A stretch of DNA of 64,000 bases, from IMG/VR virus record IMGVR_UViG_3300037781_000006, positions 11,107-75,106 of that record. One strand, 5' to 3'. The notes under the pieces are model-generated. The model saw nothing but the letters and a program-made list of their open reading frames with translations. It ran no database searches and had not been told where the DNA came from. The DNA comes from a virus. Its lineage: Duplodnaviria > Caudoviricetes. Shown in pieces: positions 17,697-25,688 of the stretch. The first letter of the stretch is position 1. Each line of letters opens with the position of its first letter. Position numbers and translations under genes: made by a program.

Positions 17697-17799
17697 GGTG
17701 GTTTCTCCTGTGGTTAGGGTTGTGCTTGGTTTAGTCACTTTGGCTACAAAACCGAACTTTCAGTTTATAGAGGTTGAACTCGGCAGTTGAGCGCAAAGC

Positions 17800-17818
17800 G
17801 CAGGAGCGGCGGAGCCGC
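17800..17818 (-). promoter_or_regulatory. vRNAP hairpin promoter driving the RNAP1 unit
   Basis: Template (+) strand GCAGGA-GCGGC-GGA-GCCGC; N4-type C:G-closed GGA triloop; predicted +1 at C17801. Confidence 0.7.
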
Positions 17819-17883
17819 CCACAGGTCAATCTGTTGTGGGATGAAAGGTCTATCTGCCAAGGAAAAGCAAAAAAGAGAGTAGG

Positions 17884-17925
17884 AAAAAAAGAACTGACCT
17901 CCCAACATGAAGTTGAGAGGCCAGT
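17884..17925 (-). terminator. Rho-independent terminator after the gp2-like gene
   Basis: 14-bp stem with two G.U pairs (ACTGGCCTCTCAAC/GTTGGGAGGTCAGT) followed by TCTTTTTTT. Confidence 0.75.
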
Positions 17926-17938
17926 CTTTAGTCGGGAG

Positions 17939-18343
17939 TTACCCGAACAGGGAGTCGAGGTCCACGGCGACCTCCGGAGCAGCGACGGATTCGACCTGCT
18001 CCTGACGACGGTAGAGTTGGACCGACAGATGGAGCGGCATCGACTCGCCTTCCTTCAGTTCAGCCGACTTCTCGCGGATCTTGTTGATCAGCGCGTTCAC
18101 GATCTGAGCCTCTTCGGCCCATTCGGGATTCCGCTCATGCGAGTTGGCGTAGATCCGGTGCTCGGTCAGATCCGAGACAGCGATGCCACGCGGCAGCCGG
18201 TTGAACTTGGCAGTGGATTCGTCGTCCTCGTCAGCGGTGACGAGACCCACGTTGATCCACAGTCCAGCGAACTCGTCTTCGTCAGCCTTGACGGTACGCT
18301 TGGTGGTGGAGACGGTCTTCGAAGCGGCAGGTTTGAAAGCCAT
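17939..18343 (-). CDS. N4 gp2-like ssDNA-binding RNAPII coactivator
   Basis: 134 aa; LWINVG, LPRGIA and LSVQLYRR motifs; position just upstream of RNAP1. Confidence 0.75.
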   Translation of the reverse strand: MAFKPAASKTVSTTKRTVKADEDEFAGLWINVGLVTADEDDESTAKFNRLPRGIAVSDLTEHRIYANSHERNPEWAEEAQIVNALINKIREKSAELKEGESMPLHLSVQLYRRQEQVESVAAPEVAVDLDSLFG

Positions 18344-18385
18344 TGGAGTAGTTCCTTCGTTTGGTTTGGTTGATGATGTTTGGCG

Positions 18386-18520
18386 TTATCGCCAAGACCG
18401 GCGGAGCCGGTTTCTCAGGTTGATGGTGAATTGAATCCACCGGGAACGAAGAGTCATGGATGCGTTAGCATCTAGCTCTTCTTGGCTCACGAGATCAGGG
18501 AAGAGATGAGCTTTGGACAT
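18386..18520 (-). CDS. Small early protein (44 aa)
   Basis: Manual translation MSKAHLFPDLVSQEELDANASMTLRSRWIQFTINLRNRLRRSWR; TGATG coupling. Confidence 0.5.
   Translation of the reverse strand: MSKAHLFPDLVSQEELDANASMTLRSRWIQFTINLRNRLRRSWR
18391..18411 (-). promoter_or_regulatory. vRNAP hairpin promoter driving the gp2-like gene
   Basis: Template (+) strand GCCAAG-ACCGGC-GGA-GCCGGT; predicted +1 at C18393. Confidence 0.85.
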
Positions 18521-18639
18521 CAGCTTCTCCATCTCTCGATGAGATGCCAAATGGCAAAGATCAGTGCGATCCCTGCCAGTATGACGATGAGGTTGGAGTC
18601 ACCATTGGTGACTGAGAATGCCACGTTCGAGGGATCCAT
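18520..18639 (-). CDS. Small early membrane peptide (39 aa)
   Basis: MDPSNVAF...LIVILAGIALIFAIWHLIERWRS; TGATG coupling. Confidence 0.55.
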   Translation of the reverse strand: MDPSNVAFSVTNGDSNLIVILAGIALIFAIWHLIERWRS

Positions 18640-18776
18640 CAGCGCACACTCCAGTAGCACACGGCCATGAGGGTCATGACCATTGCGAAGTAGAATGCGA
18701 GAGGATTGGCTTGTGCCCACAGTTGTGCTGTGGACATCAAGCAGTCGAGGCTTTGGTTGGTGCAGATGGTTTTCAT
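18639..18776 (-). CDS. Small early membrane peptide (45 aa)
   Basis: Manual translation MKTICTNQSLDCLMSTAQLWAQANPLAFYFAMVMTLMAVCYWSVR. Confidence 0.55.
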   Translation of the reverse strand: MKTICTNQSLDCLMSTAQLWAQANPLAFYFAMVMTLMAVCYWSVR

Positions 18777-18777
18777 T

Positions 18778-19008
18778 TCAGTGAGTCCTTCCGGGATGTT
18801 CAGGGTAGTCGAAGCACATGCAGTAAACTGGGCTTTTCAGTTGCATGACTTCTTCCAGAGTGTCGAGTTCAGCACTCATGTCTTCGAGTTCAGAGATCAG
18901 TTCGTCCTGATCCTCCCAGTTGTCTGGGTCGATCATGTTGTCACAGACTGTGATGTCACGCATGAGGGTTGCATGACGCTCACGGAGGCTGGTGGAATCG
19001 GTCAACAT
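18778..19008 (-). CDS. Early hypothetical protein (76 aa, acidic coiled coil, C-terminal CxC...H)
   Basis: AGGAG RBS. Confidence 0.65.
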   Translation of the reverse strand: MLTDSTSLRERHATLMRDITVCDNMIDPDNWEDQDELISELEDMSAELDTLEEVMQLKSPVYCMCFDYPEHPGRTH

Positions 19009-19165
19009 GAGAGTTCTCCTGTGGTTGTGGTGAGTTGAGGTAGAAGTACAGATCAGTTACCGAGGTAGACTTTAGGAAAACCTTAGTCAGATGAGAGGTC
19101 CATCTGTCTGTCTATCTGGGTAACGGTTCCGCTCTACCCCACGGTTGGTGAGGTAGAGCAGTTGG

Positions 19166-19453
19166 TCAGTTGCGAGGACGCTGGCGTTCGGCACGGCGTT
19201 GTTCCATGCGAGCGATGAGGTCGTTGTAGATCTCGGTTGCATCCTCGTCGGCTTCCAGTTCACGCTTGAGTTCAGCTTGGCGTTTCGCAGAAGCAGTAGC
19301 AACGATGGCAGCATCTTCATCTTCGAAGACGAATGCCCTGTTGTCCACATAGGTGGTTGCCATTCCAACGGTTTTGCCTGCGGTATCGGCAACGTCGGTC
19401 ACAGTGTCCAGCACTGCACAGATGGCGTCACGGGTCGAGCTAAAGATTCCCAT
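19166..19453 (-). CDS. First early gene (N4 gp1-like, 95 aa)
   Basis: MGIFSSTRDAICAVLDTV...; GGAG RBS; directly downstream of the first hairpin promoter. Confidence 0.7.
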   Translation of the reverse strand: MGIFSSTRDAICAVLDTVTDVADTAGKTVGMATTYVDNRAFVFEDEDAAIVATASAKRQAELKRELEADEDATEIYNDLIARMEQRRAERQRPRN

Positions 19454-19491
19454 GGTAGTGGTACTCCGTATGATTGAGGTGAGGCAGAGAT

Positions 19492-19512
19492 GCCAAGACA
19501 TGCGGAGCATGT
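19492..19512 (-). promoter_or_regulatory. vRNAP hairpin promoter (first early promoter)
   Basis: Template (+) strand GCCAAG-ACATGC-GGA-GCATGT; same prefix as 18391; predicted +1 at C19494. Confidence 0.85.
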
Positions 19513-19620
19513 GTGTAGTGTAATGGGTGGAGTGTAATGCGTGTGTAATTAAGGGGGGGATATCAAAGGGTGTAATATATTTGATGGGGGGGTGGGGTGG
19601 AGGTAGGGGTGTAGGTGTAG
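19513..19620. repeat. Iterated GTGTAAT heptamers and G-tracts
   Basis: GTGTAAT at 19518, 19532, 19543 and 19570; G7, G3, G7, G4, G4 runs. Confidence 0.75.
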
Positions 19621-20130
19621 AAAGAAACAACAAAAAAAGACCTTCAACCCTCGACAGAGATCTCAAAATTTACATATGAAATTTTCCCCTTATGGCGGAT
19701 TTTCGAACAGATCTCCGGCCCTGAGTTTTGCAGCTTCGAGTCTGTCATGTAGACGAAGTTCAGCAGTAGCTCTTTCCCTCCATTCGTAGATCTGGTTCAG
19801 CAGATCTTCCATTGATGGACGAGTGGGTTTCTTCTTTGGTTCAGTGGACATGATTCATCTCCTCGATTTGGCCGGGGCCAAATCTCGTCGATACCCGTTG
19901 GATATGGGTAGATCGGTTGCAGGAATGTGTAGGATGGGGAGAAGGCCCAGCTTATGGGCTACGGGTGAGCGCAGCGGGGCGGGTATGGTTGGAACGTAAG
20001 TGAGAACGGATTGATCCCGGTACGGCCCCCAGAAGCCGCAGCTTCCGCCTTCGGAGTTAGATTTTCCGATGACCCCTGTCAAGATCTGCATTTCTGCACA
20101 CAGAGGTCTGCACAGATGCACAACTCTGCT
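19520..20130. other. Non-coding region, probable physical genome end (collapsed direct terminal repeat)
   Basis: About 600 bp without a credible ORF, between the first early promoter and the last late gene, where N4-like termini lie. Confidence 0.6.
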
Positions 20131-20139
20131 AACTACCTG

Positions 20140-20586
20140 TTAGGACAGAGGTTTCAGAAGGATCCATGTCTGAAACTCATCAGAATCCTCCAGCAACACA
20201 CCACCCGGTTTCAGGAGGATGTGTGTGCTCTCAGGAACAGGTGAGACTGTGATTCGTTCGTGTGAATCAAACTCCCGGCCAAGGGTTTCGACCTGAAGCA
20301 TGAGCATTCTGGTTCCCTGATACCAGATCCCGAGACCCTCAGTTGCGTTGGAGCATGAGGCTTCGTTGTTCAGGTACTGGAAGACGAGGATCCCCGGCCC
20401 ATAGACAGCAAGCTCTTCTTCTGTTGGTTCACGCACACCCCAGCGGTCAGCGTTCTTGGGGTTCTCGCAGGATGTAGGCCATGTCATAGCCTCATAATCA
20501 TCGACATCCTGTTGGGTCCAGAGAGCATCAGCTTGGGTCTGTGCAGGGATGAACAGAAACCAGAGAAGAAGAGCAAGTCTGTGCAT
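20140..20586 (-). CDS. Exported protein with Sec signal peptide (148 aa)
   Basis: MHRLALLLWFLFIPAQTQA-DA: basic n-region, hydrophobic h-region, small-x-A cleavage site; two Cys. Confidence 0.65.
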   Translation of the reverse strand: MHRLALLLWFLFIPAQTQADALWTQQDVDDYEAMTWPTSCENPKNADRWGVREPTEEELAVYGPGILVFQYLNNEASCSNATEGLGIWYQGTRMLMLQVETLGREFDSHERITVSPVPESTHILLKPGGVLLEDSDEFQTWILLKPLS

Positions 20587-20598
20587 TGGTGCAGTCCT

Positions 20599-20934
20599 TC
20601 ATTCGTACCAGATGGTGAGTCCCAGACACTTGGCCAGAGTCCATTCTGCCATGGCACCCTTCGAGTTCTCCCAGCCCTTGAGCATGTAGAGGTGGGTGGC
20701 GTGCTTGCAGATCCAGTCACAGTCGATGGCCATACACATCCGGTAGGCTTCCTGAGTGTCCCGGACGAGGCCCTCCTGAACCATGAGAGAAGCCTCGTGG
20801 TTGATCGGGTTGAAGATCTCCTTGTCTTCTCCCTGAAGCATGGACCGGACTTGGATCTCAGCTTCGATGAATGCAGGCTTGTTGTGGTCCGGAATCCCGC
20901 TCATGGGACCGGCAATGTAAACCTTATATGACAT
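20599..20934 (-). CDS. DUF4406 nucleoside 2-deoxyribosyltransferase-like protein
   Basis: VYIAGPMSG...NP...M..D...LYMLKGWENSKGAMAEW.LAK.LGL signature. Confidence 0.8.
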   Translation of the reverse strand: MSYKVYIAGPMSGIPDHNKPAFIEAEIQVRSMLQGEDKEIFNPINHEASLMVQEGLVRDTQEAYRMCMAIDCDWICKHATHLYMLKGWENSKGAMAEWTLAKCLGLTIWYE

Positions 20935-21013
20935 GGGTGGTTTTCCTTTCTCTAGGAGTAGAACCATCGTATTGATGGCCCAGAAGCCACCAAAAAGGAA
21001 GGGTCATTCTGCC

Positions 21014-21211
21014 ATGCTGGATCTTCTTGAACGACTCGGAATCGACTTCGATGGCCTCGATGGTGGCCTGTCTGTGAAACTGCATGGAATGCTGTTCAGG
21101 AACCACAAGCCCCAGTCCCTGTGTGCGTATCTGGTGCATACTGGTCAGAGACGGCTGGTGCGTCTGATTGGTATTCGTCACTGTCTTCGGTCGTATGACA
21201 GATACTACTAA
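21014..21211 (+). CDS. Isolated plus-strand hypothetical protein (65 aa)
   Basis: AGGAAGGG purine tract before MLDLLERLGIDFDGLDGGLS; fills an otherwise empty gap. Confidence 0.45.
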   Translation: MLDLLERLGIDFDGLDGGLSVKLHGMLFRNHKPQSLCAYLVHTGQRRLVRLIGIRHCLRSYDRYY

Positions 21212-21227
21212 AGACACCCTAAATCCC

Positions 21228-21259
21228 AAAAAAGAAGGCGTCGCTTCGCAACGACGCCT
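21228..21259 (-). terminator. Rho-independent terminator
   Basis: AGGCGTCG/CGACGCCT stem followed by TCTTTTTT on the minus strand. Confidence 0.75.
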
Positions 21260-21288
21260 CCTCTCATCCTACCTGACACGGGGGAACG

Positions 21289-22263
21289 TCAGGCTTTGGA
21301 TTTGAACCCAAATTCGACATTCACGAGATCGGTGGCAGCCCAAGGAAGGGACGTGGCCGGGTTCTCGTTCCAGTCGGTGATCTGGTAGTCCTTTTCGAAC
21401 GGCACAGCGAAGGTCGGAGTGAGATAGTCCACACCAGACATCCGGATCAGGTGCTGAAGACCGGTCGGAGAGTTGATCCCGCGAACCGAAGTCGTGACCT
21501 GTACGATGTTCGAGATGTTGTTCACACCCGTGTAGGGCGTGAGAATCGTGGACTGGTTCTGTTCCGGAGAGACCGTGGTCATACCCGTGGTCGGATCGTC
21601 GTCCGACAGCGAGATGACTGGACCCTGCCAGTTCCCGTAGGCACCCACAGCAACCGGACGAAGCAGATCGAGACGAGCGTTCCGTGTGTCGTCATCAGCC
21701 ACGATGATCTCGGAGAAGTATTGGTACTCCTCACCGCCACCGCCGTTGATCGAACGAGAAGCACCCAGACGGAAATACTTCGGATGGTTCCAGCCAGCAG
21801 CCGAATAGACCTGAGTGAGAATCAGGATCTCATCGACATAGACACGAGCTTCGACCGACAGACCACCAAACTTCAACTGCACGTCGTAGGTACGAAGAGC
21901 GTTTGCAGCTTTCGGAAGGAACCGAGCCAGTTCGTATTCGGTGTCATCGACGAACAACCGACCATGATACCCTTCGGTGTCACGGCTGTGATACGACAGT
22001 TGAAAGATCCGAGCACCATCGGCGTCCACAACCTCAATGAGCGGGTTGTCGTTGTTGATGTACCAGAGATCCGAGCCATTCCGGAAATGGAACCAGTATT
22101 CATCAGTTCCAGACTGAGGAATCTCTGGAGAACCCACTGTCATCAAGGGGTCCACTTGGATCGAGTATGGGACTCGGTTGGAGTCGTAACTCCACGCTGG
22201 GGCACCAATCGAGGATCCCGGAAAGTGGGATACCGAATTGGAAGCAAAGAGGATATTGGGCAT
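21289..22263 (-). CDS. Virion structural/tail-associated protein with LamG-like beta domain
   Basis: 324 aa, beta-rich; C-terminal NPATSLPWAATDLVNVEFG motif common in phage tail proteins. Confidence 0.55.
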   Translation of the reverse strand: MPNILFASNSVSHFPGSSIGAPAWSYDSNRVPYSIQVDPLMTVGSPEIPQSGTDEYWFHFRNGSDLWYINNDNPLIEVVDADGARIFQLSYHSRDTEGYHGRLFVDDTEYELARFLPKAANALRTYDVQLKFGGLSVEARVYVDEILILTQVYSAAGWNHPKYFRLGASRSINGGGGEEYQYFSEIIVADDDTRNARLDLLRPVAVGAYGNWQGPVISLSDDDPTTGMTTVSPEQNQSTILTPYTGVNNISNIVQVTTSVRGINSPTGLQHLIRMSGVDYLTPTFAVPFEKDYQITDWNENPATSLPWAATDLVNVEFGFKSKA

Positions 22264-22293
22264 TGTGCTTTCCTTTCTGGGATCGAGACCTGT

Positions 22294-24603
22294 TTAGAAC
22301 ACTGAACCGTTGAAATCCACCGAATAGGTGAACCCCTCGCTGACACCCCCAGTAGAGATGTCACCAATGGCCATGGCAGATTTGGTTCCTGCCCATGGAG
22401 AAATCCGTTCCACCACCCGACGGCAGAGCTTGTCAGGGAAATCGTTGACACTCGTGAGCACAACAGTTCGACCCTCACCGGCATGTTCAGGGTTCGTGGC
22501 TGCATCTTGATCGAAGAAGTAGATCAAGAAGAGATCATCCACTTCGAATTCGTAAGGACCATTCACCAGAGAGTGATCTACCCAAGTCAGACCACCATTC
22601 AGACCAGCAGACGTGGCCGAGATGATCTCCAATGGTTCAGTGACCATACCAATCGACCGGAAGCCAGACTTTTGGGTGTTCAACCGACAAAGCTGAATGG
22701 TGTAGTCGAACTGGACATTCTGATCTTGGATCAGAACACTCAGATTCGAGATGTCCACCCGAGACAGACACTTGAAGACTGTACCTTTGCCAGCGAAGTT
22801 GTCTTCACCACCTCCAGTTCGACCCCAGACAGCATTGTAGTTCGGGGCGTCCCGGAAGTAAGGAATGTTGCCTTTCGGAACAAGAATGGCACGACTCTCA
22901 GCCGAGTTGTAGTCACCACCGTGCATCTCCGAATCAACGAAGTGAACCGGAGTCCAGCGGATCCCATCATCAGAGCCTTCGATGTAGAATTCCTGTGGAA
23001 CCTGAAGGGCATCCGAACCGGGACGAGCAGTGAGTTCGATCTCACCCGGATGTTGGGGTGCTCCGAAATTGTACCCCACCCACGACGTACCTTCTGAGAT
23101 GCTGTTTTCAGCACCAGCCCAGTAGTTCGTGTTCTTGGCATCATCGAACAACGCATCAGCGTTGGAAGTCCCCAGACCAGCAGAACCGAAGATCGGAGAT
23201 CCACCAGTACAGAGGTCAATGGTTCCGGGAGTGTTTCGCATCTCGATTTCAGACAGAGCACCACCAGTCCAAGTGTTCGCTCGAACGAAGCGAAGACGCC
23301 ACTGTTCGAAATTCGGACCAAAGGAGCGATCCACATTCGGAAGACCCTTGGAGATCTTCATGCTCACAGAATCCACCAAGGTGTTGTTGTCTTCACCCAC
23401 TTGAAGATTCCATTCGATGTAGATCCGAACGTACCGAGTCCCAGCAGGGATGTTGTCGGTGAAAGTCCGATAGAAGTAGATTCCTTCAGGGGAGGAGAAC
23501 AAACCGGGACCAGAATCGAAACCCAACTGAGTATCGTTCGCGGAGTAATACTCCACTCGGATGTTTGCTTGGTTTCCGATAGTCTGAACCCGCTGATGCC
23601 AGCTTACCGTAAGGAAGCAACCACCAGCATCAACATCGACTTCCCAGACCGGAAAGATTTCAACATCTTGCCAGATGTAGGAGTATGGGACGTTGGCCTG
23701 AGCAGGATCCACATCGTTCCCACCATCCCACCAAATTGCACCTGCCTGAGCAGGTTGGTTGAAGTCATTGAAGATGGAATAGGTTCCGCCATAGGTGGCA
23801 GCCCCAAAGACATCCCACCCAGCCATACCGATTTCAGCACCGGGGTTTTTCAGGTTCATGAGTTGAGGGACACCATCAACCAGAGGCTCACCAGTATCCC
23901 AACTGATGACACTGATTCCGATATCCCTGTCGTAGATCCCCAGAGTCTGGCTTTGACTGACACCAACAACGAAACCACAGTTCATGGCGTTGATATCAGA
24001 ACGCTGATCGGCAGACGTGCCAGTTGTGAAGTAAGCAACGGCTCGCTGAGTATCGAAACGGTTCGGAGCACTGATCCCAGAAGTGATCATGTTGCTTTGA
24101 TGACGGTTCGTCTGAGCTTTCTCGCCTTGGTGCAAACCAGTCAGGAAATAGTCTTCCTGTTCCCAGATTTCGATTGGTTCAGTCAGAGAGATTGCGATCT
24201 GGTTCGAAGTGAGAGCGTAGGCTTCACCCAGATAGTTCCAACCTCGGACTTCACAGGTGATCACGGTATTGTCGTATTCTTCCGTGCTCATCCATGTGGA
24301 TTCGTTGGCTCCGGGAATGTCTGCACCGTCTGCCATCCACTGATAGAAAAGGACCGCACTCGGAGAGGCATCCCACTGACCAGCGTTACAGGTCAGAAGG
24401 TTCGGAATTTGAGCATCCCCAGTGAGGTACGGGGGAAAGGTGTTGACGGGCGGATACCGATACAGAGGCGCTGAAGCCAGCGGTCCATAAAGGCTGGAAA
24501 CCAGATGAACACCTTCCCGAATCGACGGTTCGATATGAACCAAGTCGATAGACCGAGTTTGGTCGTCATCCTGAGTTCCGTAATATACGATGGGATGAGG
24601 CAT
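22294..24603 (-). CDS. Multidomain host-recognition protein (Ig-like, repeat shaft, CBM-like, discoidin-like)
   Basis: PVNTFPPYLTG...YQW.ADG Ig-like; about 19-aa xYFxTG repeats; NPGAE.G..GW CBM-like; QWRL...EIEM...DLCTGG module. Confidence 0.65.
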   Translation of the reverse strand: MPHPIVYYGTQDDDQTRSIDLVHIEPSIREGVHLVSSLYGPLASAPLYRYPPVNTFPPYLTGDAQIPNLLTCNAGQWDASPSAVLFYQWMADGADIPGANESTWMSTEEYDNTVITCEVRGWNYLGEAYALTSNQIAISLTEPIEIWEQEDYFLTGLHQGEKAQTNRHQSNMITSGISAPNRFDTQRAVAYFTTGTSADQRSDINAMNCGFVVGVSQSQTLGIYDRDIGISVISWDTGEPLVDGVPQLMNLKNPGAEIGMAGWDVFGAATYGGTYSIFNDFNQPAQAGAIWWDGGNDVDPAQANVPYSYIWQDVEIFPVWEVDVDAGGCFLTVSWHQRVQTIGNQANIRVEYYSANDTQLGFDSGPGLFSSPEGIYFYRTFTDNIPAGTRYVRIYIEWNLQVGEDNNTLVDSVSMKISKGLPNVDRSFGPNFEQWRLRFVRANTWTGGALSEIEMRNTPGTIDLCTGGSPIFGSAGLGTSNADALFDDAKNTNYWAGAENSISEGTSWVGYNFGAPQHPGEIELTARPGSDALQVPQEFYIEGSDDGIRWTPVHFVDSEMHGGDYNSAESRAILVPKGNIPYFRDAPNYNAVWGRTGGGEDNFAGKGTVFKCLSRVDISNLSVLIQDQNVQFDYTIQLCRLNTQKSGFRSIGMVTEPLEIISATSAGLNGGLTWVDHSLVNGPYEFEVDDLFLIYFFDQDAATNPEHAGEGRTVVLTSVNDFPDKLCRRVVERISPWAGTKSAMAIGDISTGGVSEGFTYSVDFNGSVF

Positions 24604-24923
24604 TACCGAAGCGGTCCTTCAACGTAGAAAGTGGCATCCGAAGTGGCGATGATCCGGATATCGGGCATGTTGGCACGCGGAAGACGAACGAGGTTCGAGT
24701 CGTTCACCGTGTACGAGGCTTCCGACGGAGTGAACCAGTTTCCCTGTTCGTCTTTCACCTGAAACTGGATGGTTCCGGTTTTGACGACACAGGTCACGTT
24801 CAGATCTTGGGCGTAGGGACCAGCAGCCTTGGCCACAACATCCTCGCCCCCGTTTTCAGTCATGTCAGCCGACGTGTACCAGATGGGGACGCATTCATAA
24901 TTCGTGGAGCATGTTTGAGGCAT
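24603..24923 (-). CDS. Hypothetical structural protein (106 aa)
   Basis: First gene of the divergent late unit; coupled to the 769-aa gene. Confidence 0.6.
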   Translation of the reverse strand: MPQTCSTNYECVPIWYTSADMTENGGEDVVAKAAGPYAQDLNVTCVVKTGTIQFQVKDEQGNWFTPSEASYTVNDSNLVRLPRANMPDIRIIATSDATFYVEGPLR

Positions 24924-24952
24924 TTGCTTTCCAGTCTTGGTTCAGGTTATAG
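24924..24952 (+). promoter_or_regulatory. Candidate host sigma70-type late promoter
   Basis: TTGCTT-N18-TATAGG upstream of the terminase small subunit. Confidence 0.35.
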
Positions 24953-24995
24953 GGCGTGGTGTGACTGCATTACCACAACAACGGAGCCACGAGCA

Positions 24996-25688
24996 ATGCT
25001 TACACTGAAAGAGGTCCAAGACAGCCTGCCCGCTGGCCAAAAAGGTCACATCACGCAGGATATGGTCGATCAACTCAACAACCTGTCCAAAGATCCCGAA
25101 GAGGCCCGGTACATCCGGGAAAACTTCATTTCGTTCAGTCAGGTACTGTCTGAGGGTCGGTTCAAGCTCGGAGACTACGTGCGTGCAGTCATGTACGTGT
25201 CACACAAGGTCATGGGGAAGTCGAATCTGGAAGCCTACAAGGCGACGTTCCCGGATCGACATCAGCAGATGGTGGCTGACGGTCGTGCCCCGAAAGATAT
25301 CGCCAGTTACGTTGCAGCCTACAACAAGGGCAAGCTGGTGAACCTCGTCTACGAACGAGCCATGATTCCGACATGGGTTCTGAATCAGGATATGTTCCAG
25401 TCTGCTCTGAACACCCAGTACGAGATCATGAACGACACGAGCGTGAGTGACAAAGTGCGTGTGGAAGCAGCGAACTCGATTCTGACTCACCTGAAGAAGC
25501 CGGAAGTGAACAAAGCTGAACTGAAGGTCGATATCGGACTCAATGACGGCATGAAAGCTCTGGAACAGCGACTGGCTGAGATGGCAGAGATGCAGATGAA
25601 AACCATCGAAGGAAACGCCATGTCTGTGCAAGATGTGGCTGCTCTGCCACTGAATGTTCCGGAAGCAGAGGTTGTCGAGGATGAGTAA
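24996..25688 (+). CDS. N4 gp69-like protein, putative terminase small subunit
   Basis: MLTLKEVQDSLP...YVRAVMYVSHK...YNKGKLVN...SDKVRVEAANSILTHLK; directly upstream of TerL. Confidence 0.75.
   Translation: MLTLKEVQDSLPAGQKGHITQDMVDQLNNLSKDPEEARYIRENFISFSQVLSEGRFKLGDYVRAVMYVSHKVMGKSNLEAYKATFPDRHQQMVADGRAPKDIASYVAAYNKGKLVNLVYERAMIPTWVLNQDMFQSALNTQYEIMNDTSVSDKVRVEAANSILTHLKKPEVNKAELKVDIGLNDGMKALEQRLAEMAEMQMKTIEGNAMSVQDVAALPLNVPEAEVVEDE

Noticed and set aside
18459-18472. GATGC-GTTA-GCATC hairpin
   Set aside because: Inside a coding sequence, with the wrong loop and no CCAAGA prefix
19056-19110. Possible hammerhead ribozyme (GAAA, GUC, CAGAUGA)
   Set aside because: Core is CAGAUGA not CUGAUGA, has an extra A and lacks stem I
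19087-19666. ORF-track proteins 19087-19392, the upstream extension of 19166-19666, and 19855-20121
   Set aside because: Overlap the real gp1-like gene, or run through promoter and low-complexity terminal DNA without an RBS
20027-20045. GAAGC-CGCA-GCTTC hairpin resembling N4 P2
   Set aside because: Four-nt loop without the GGA/GAA triloop, and no nearby downstream gene; at most a degenerate promoter
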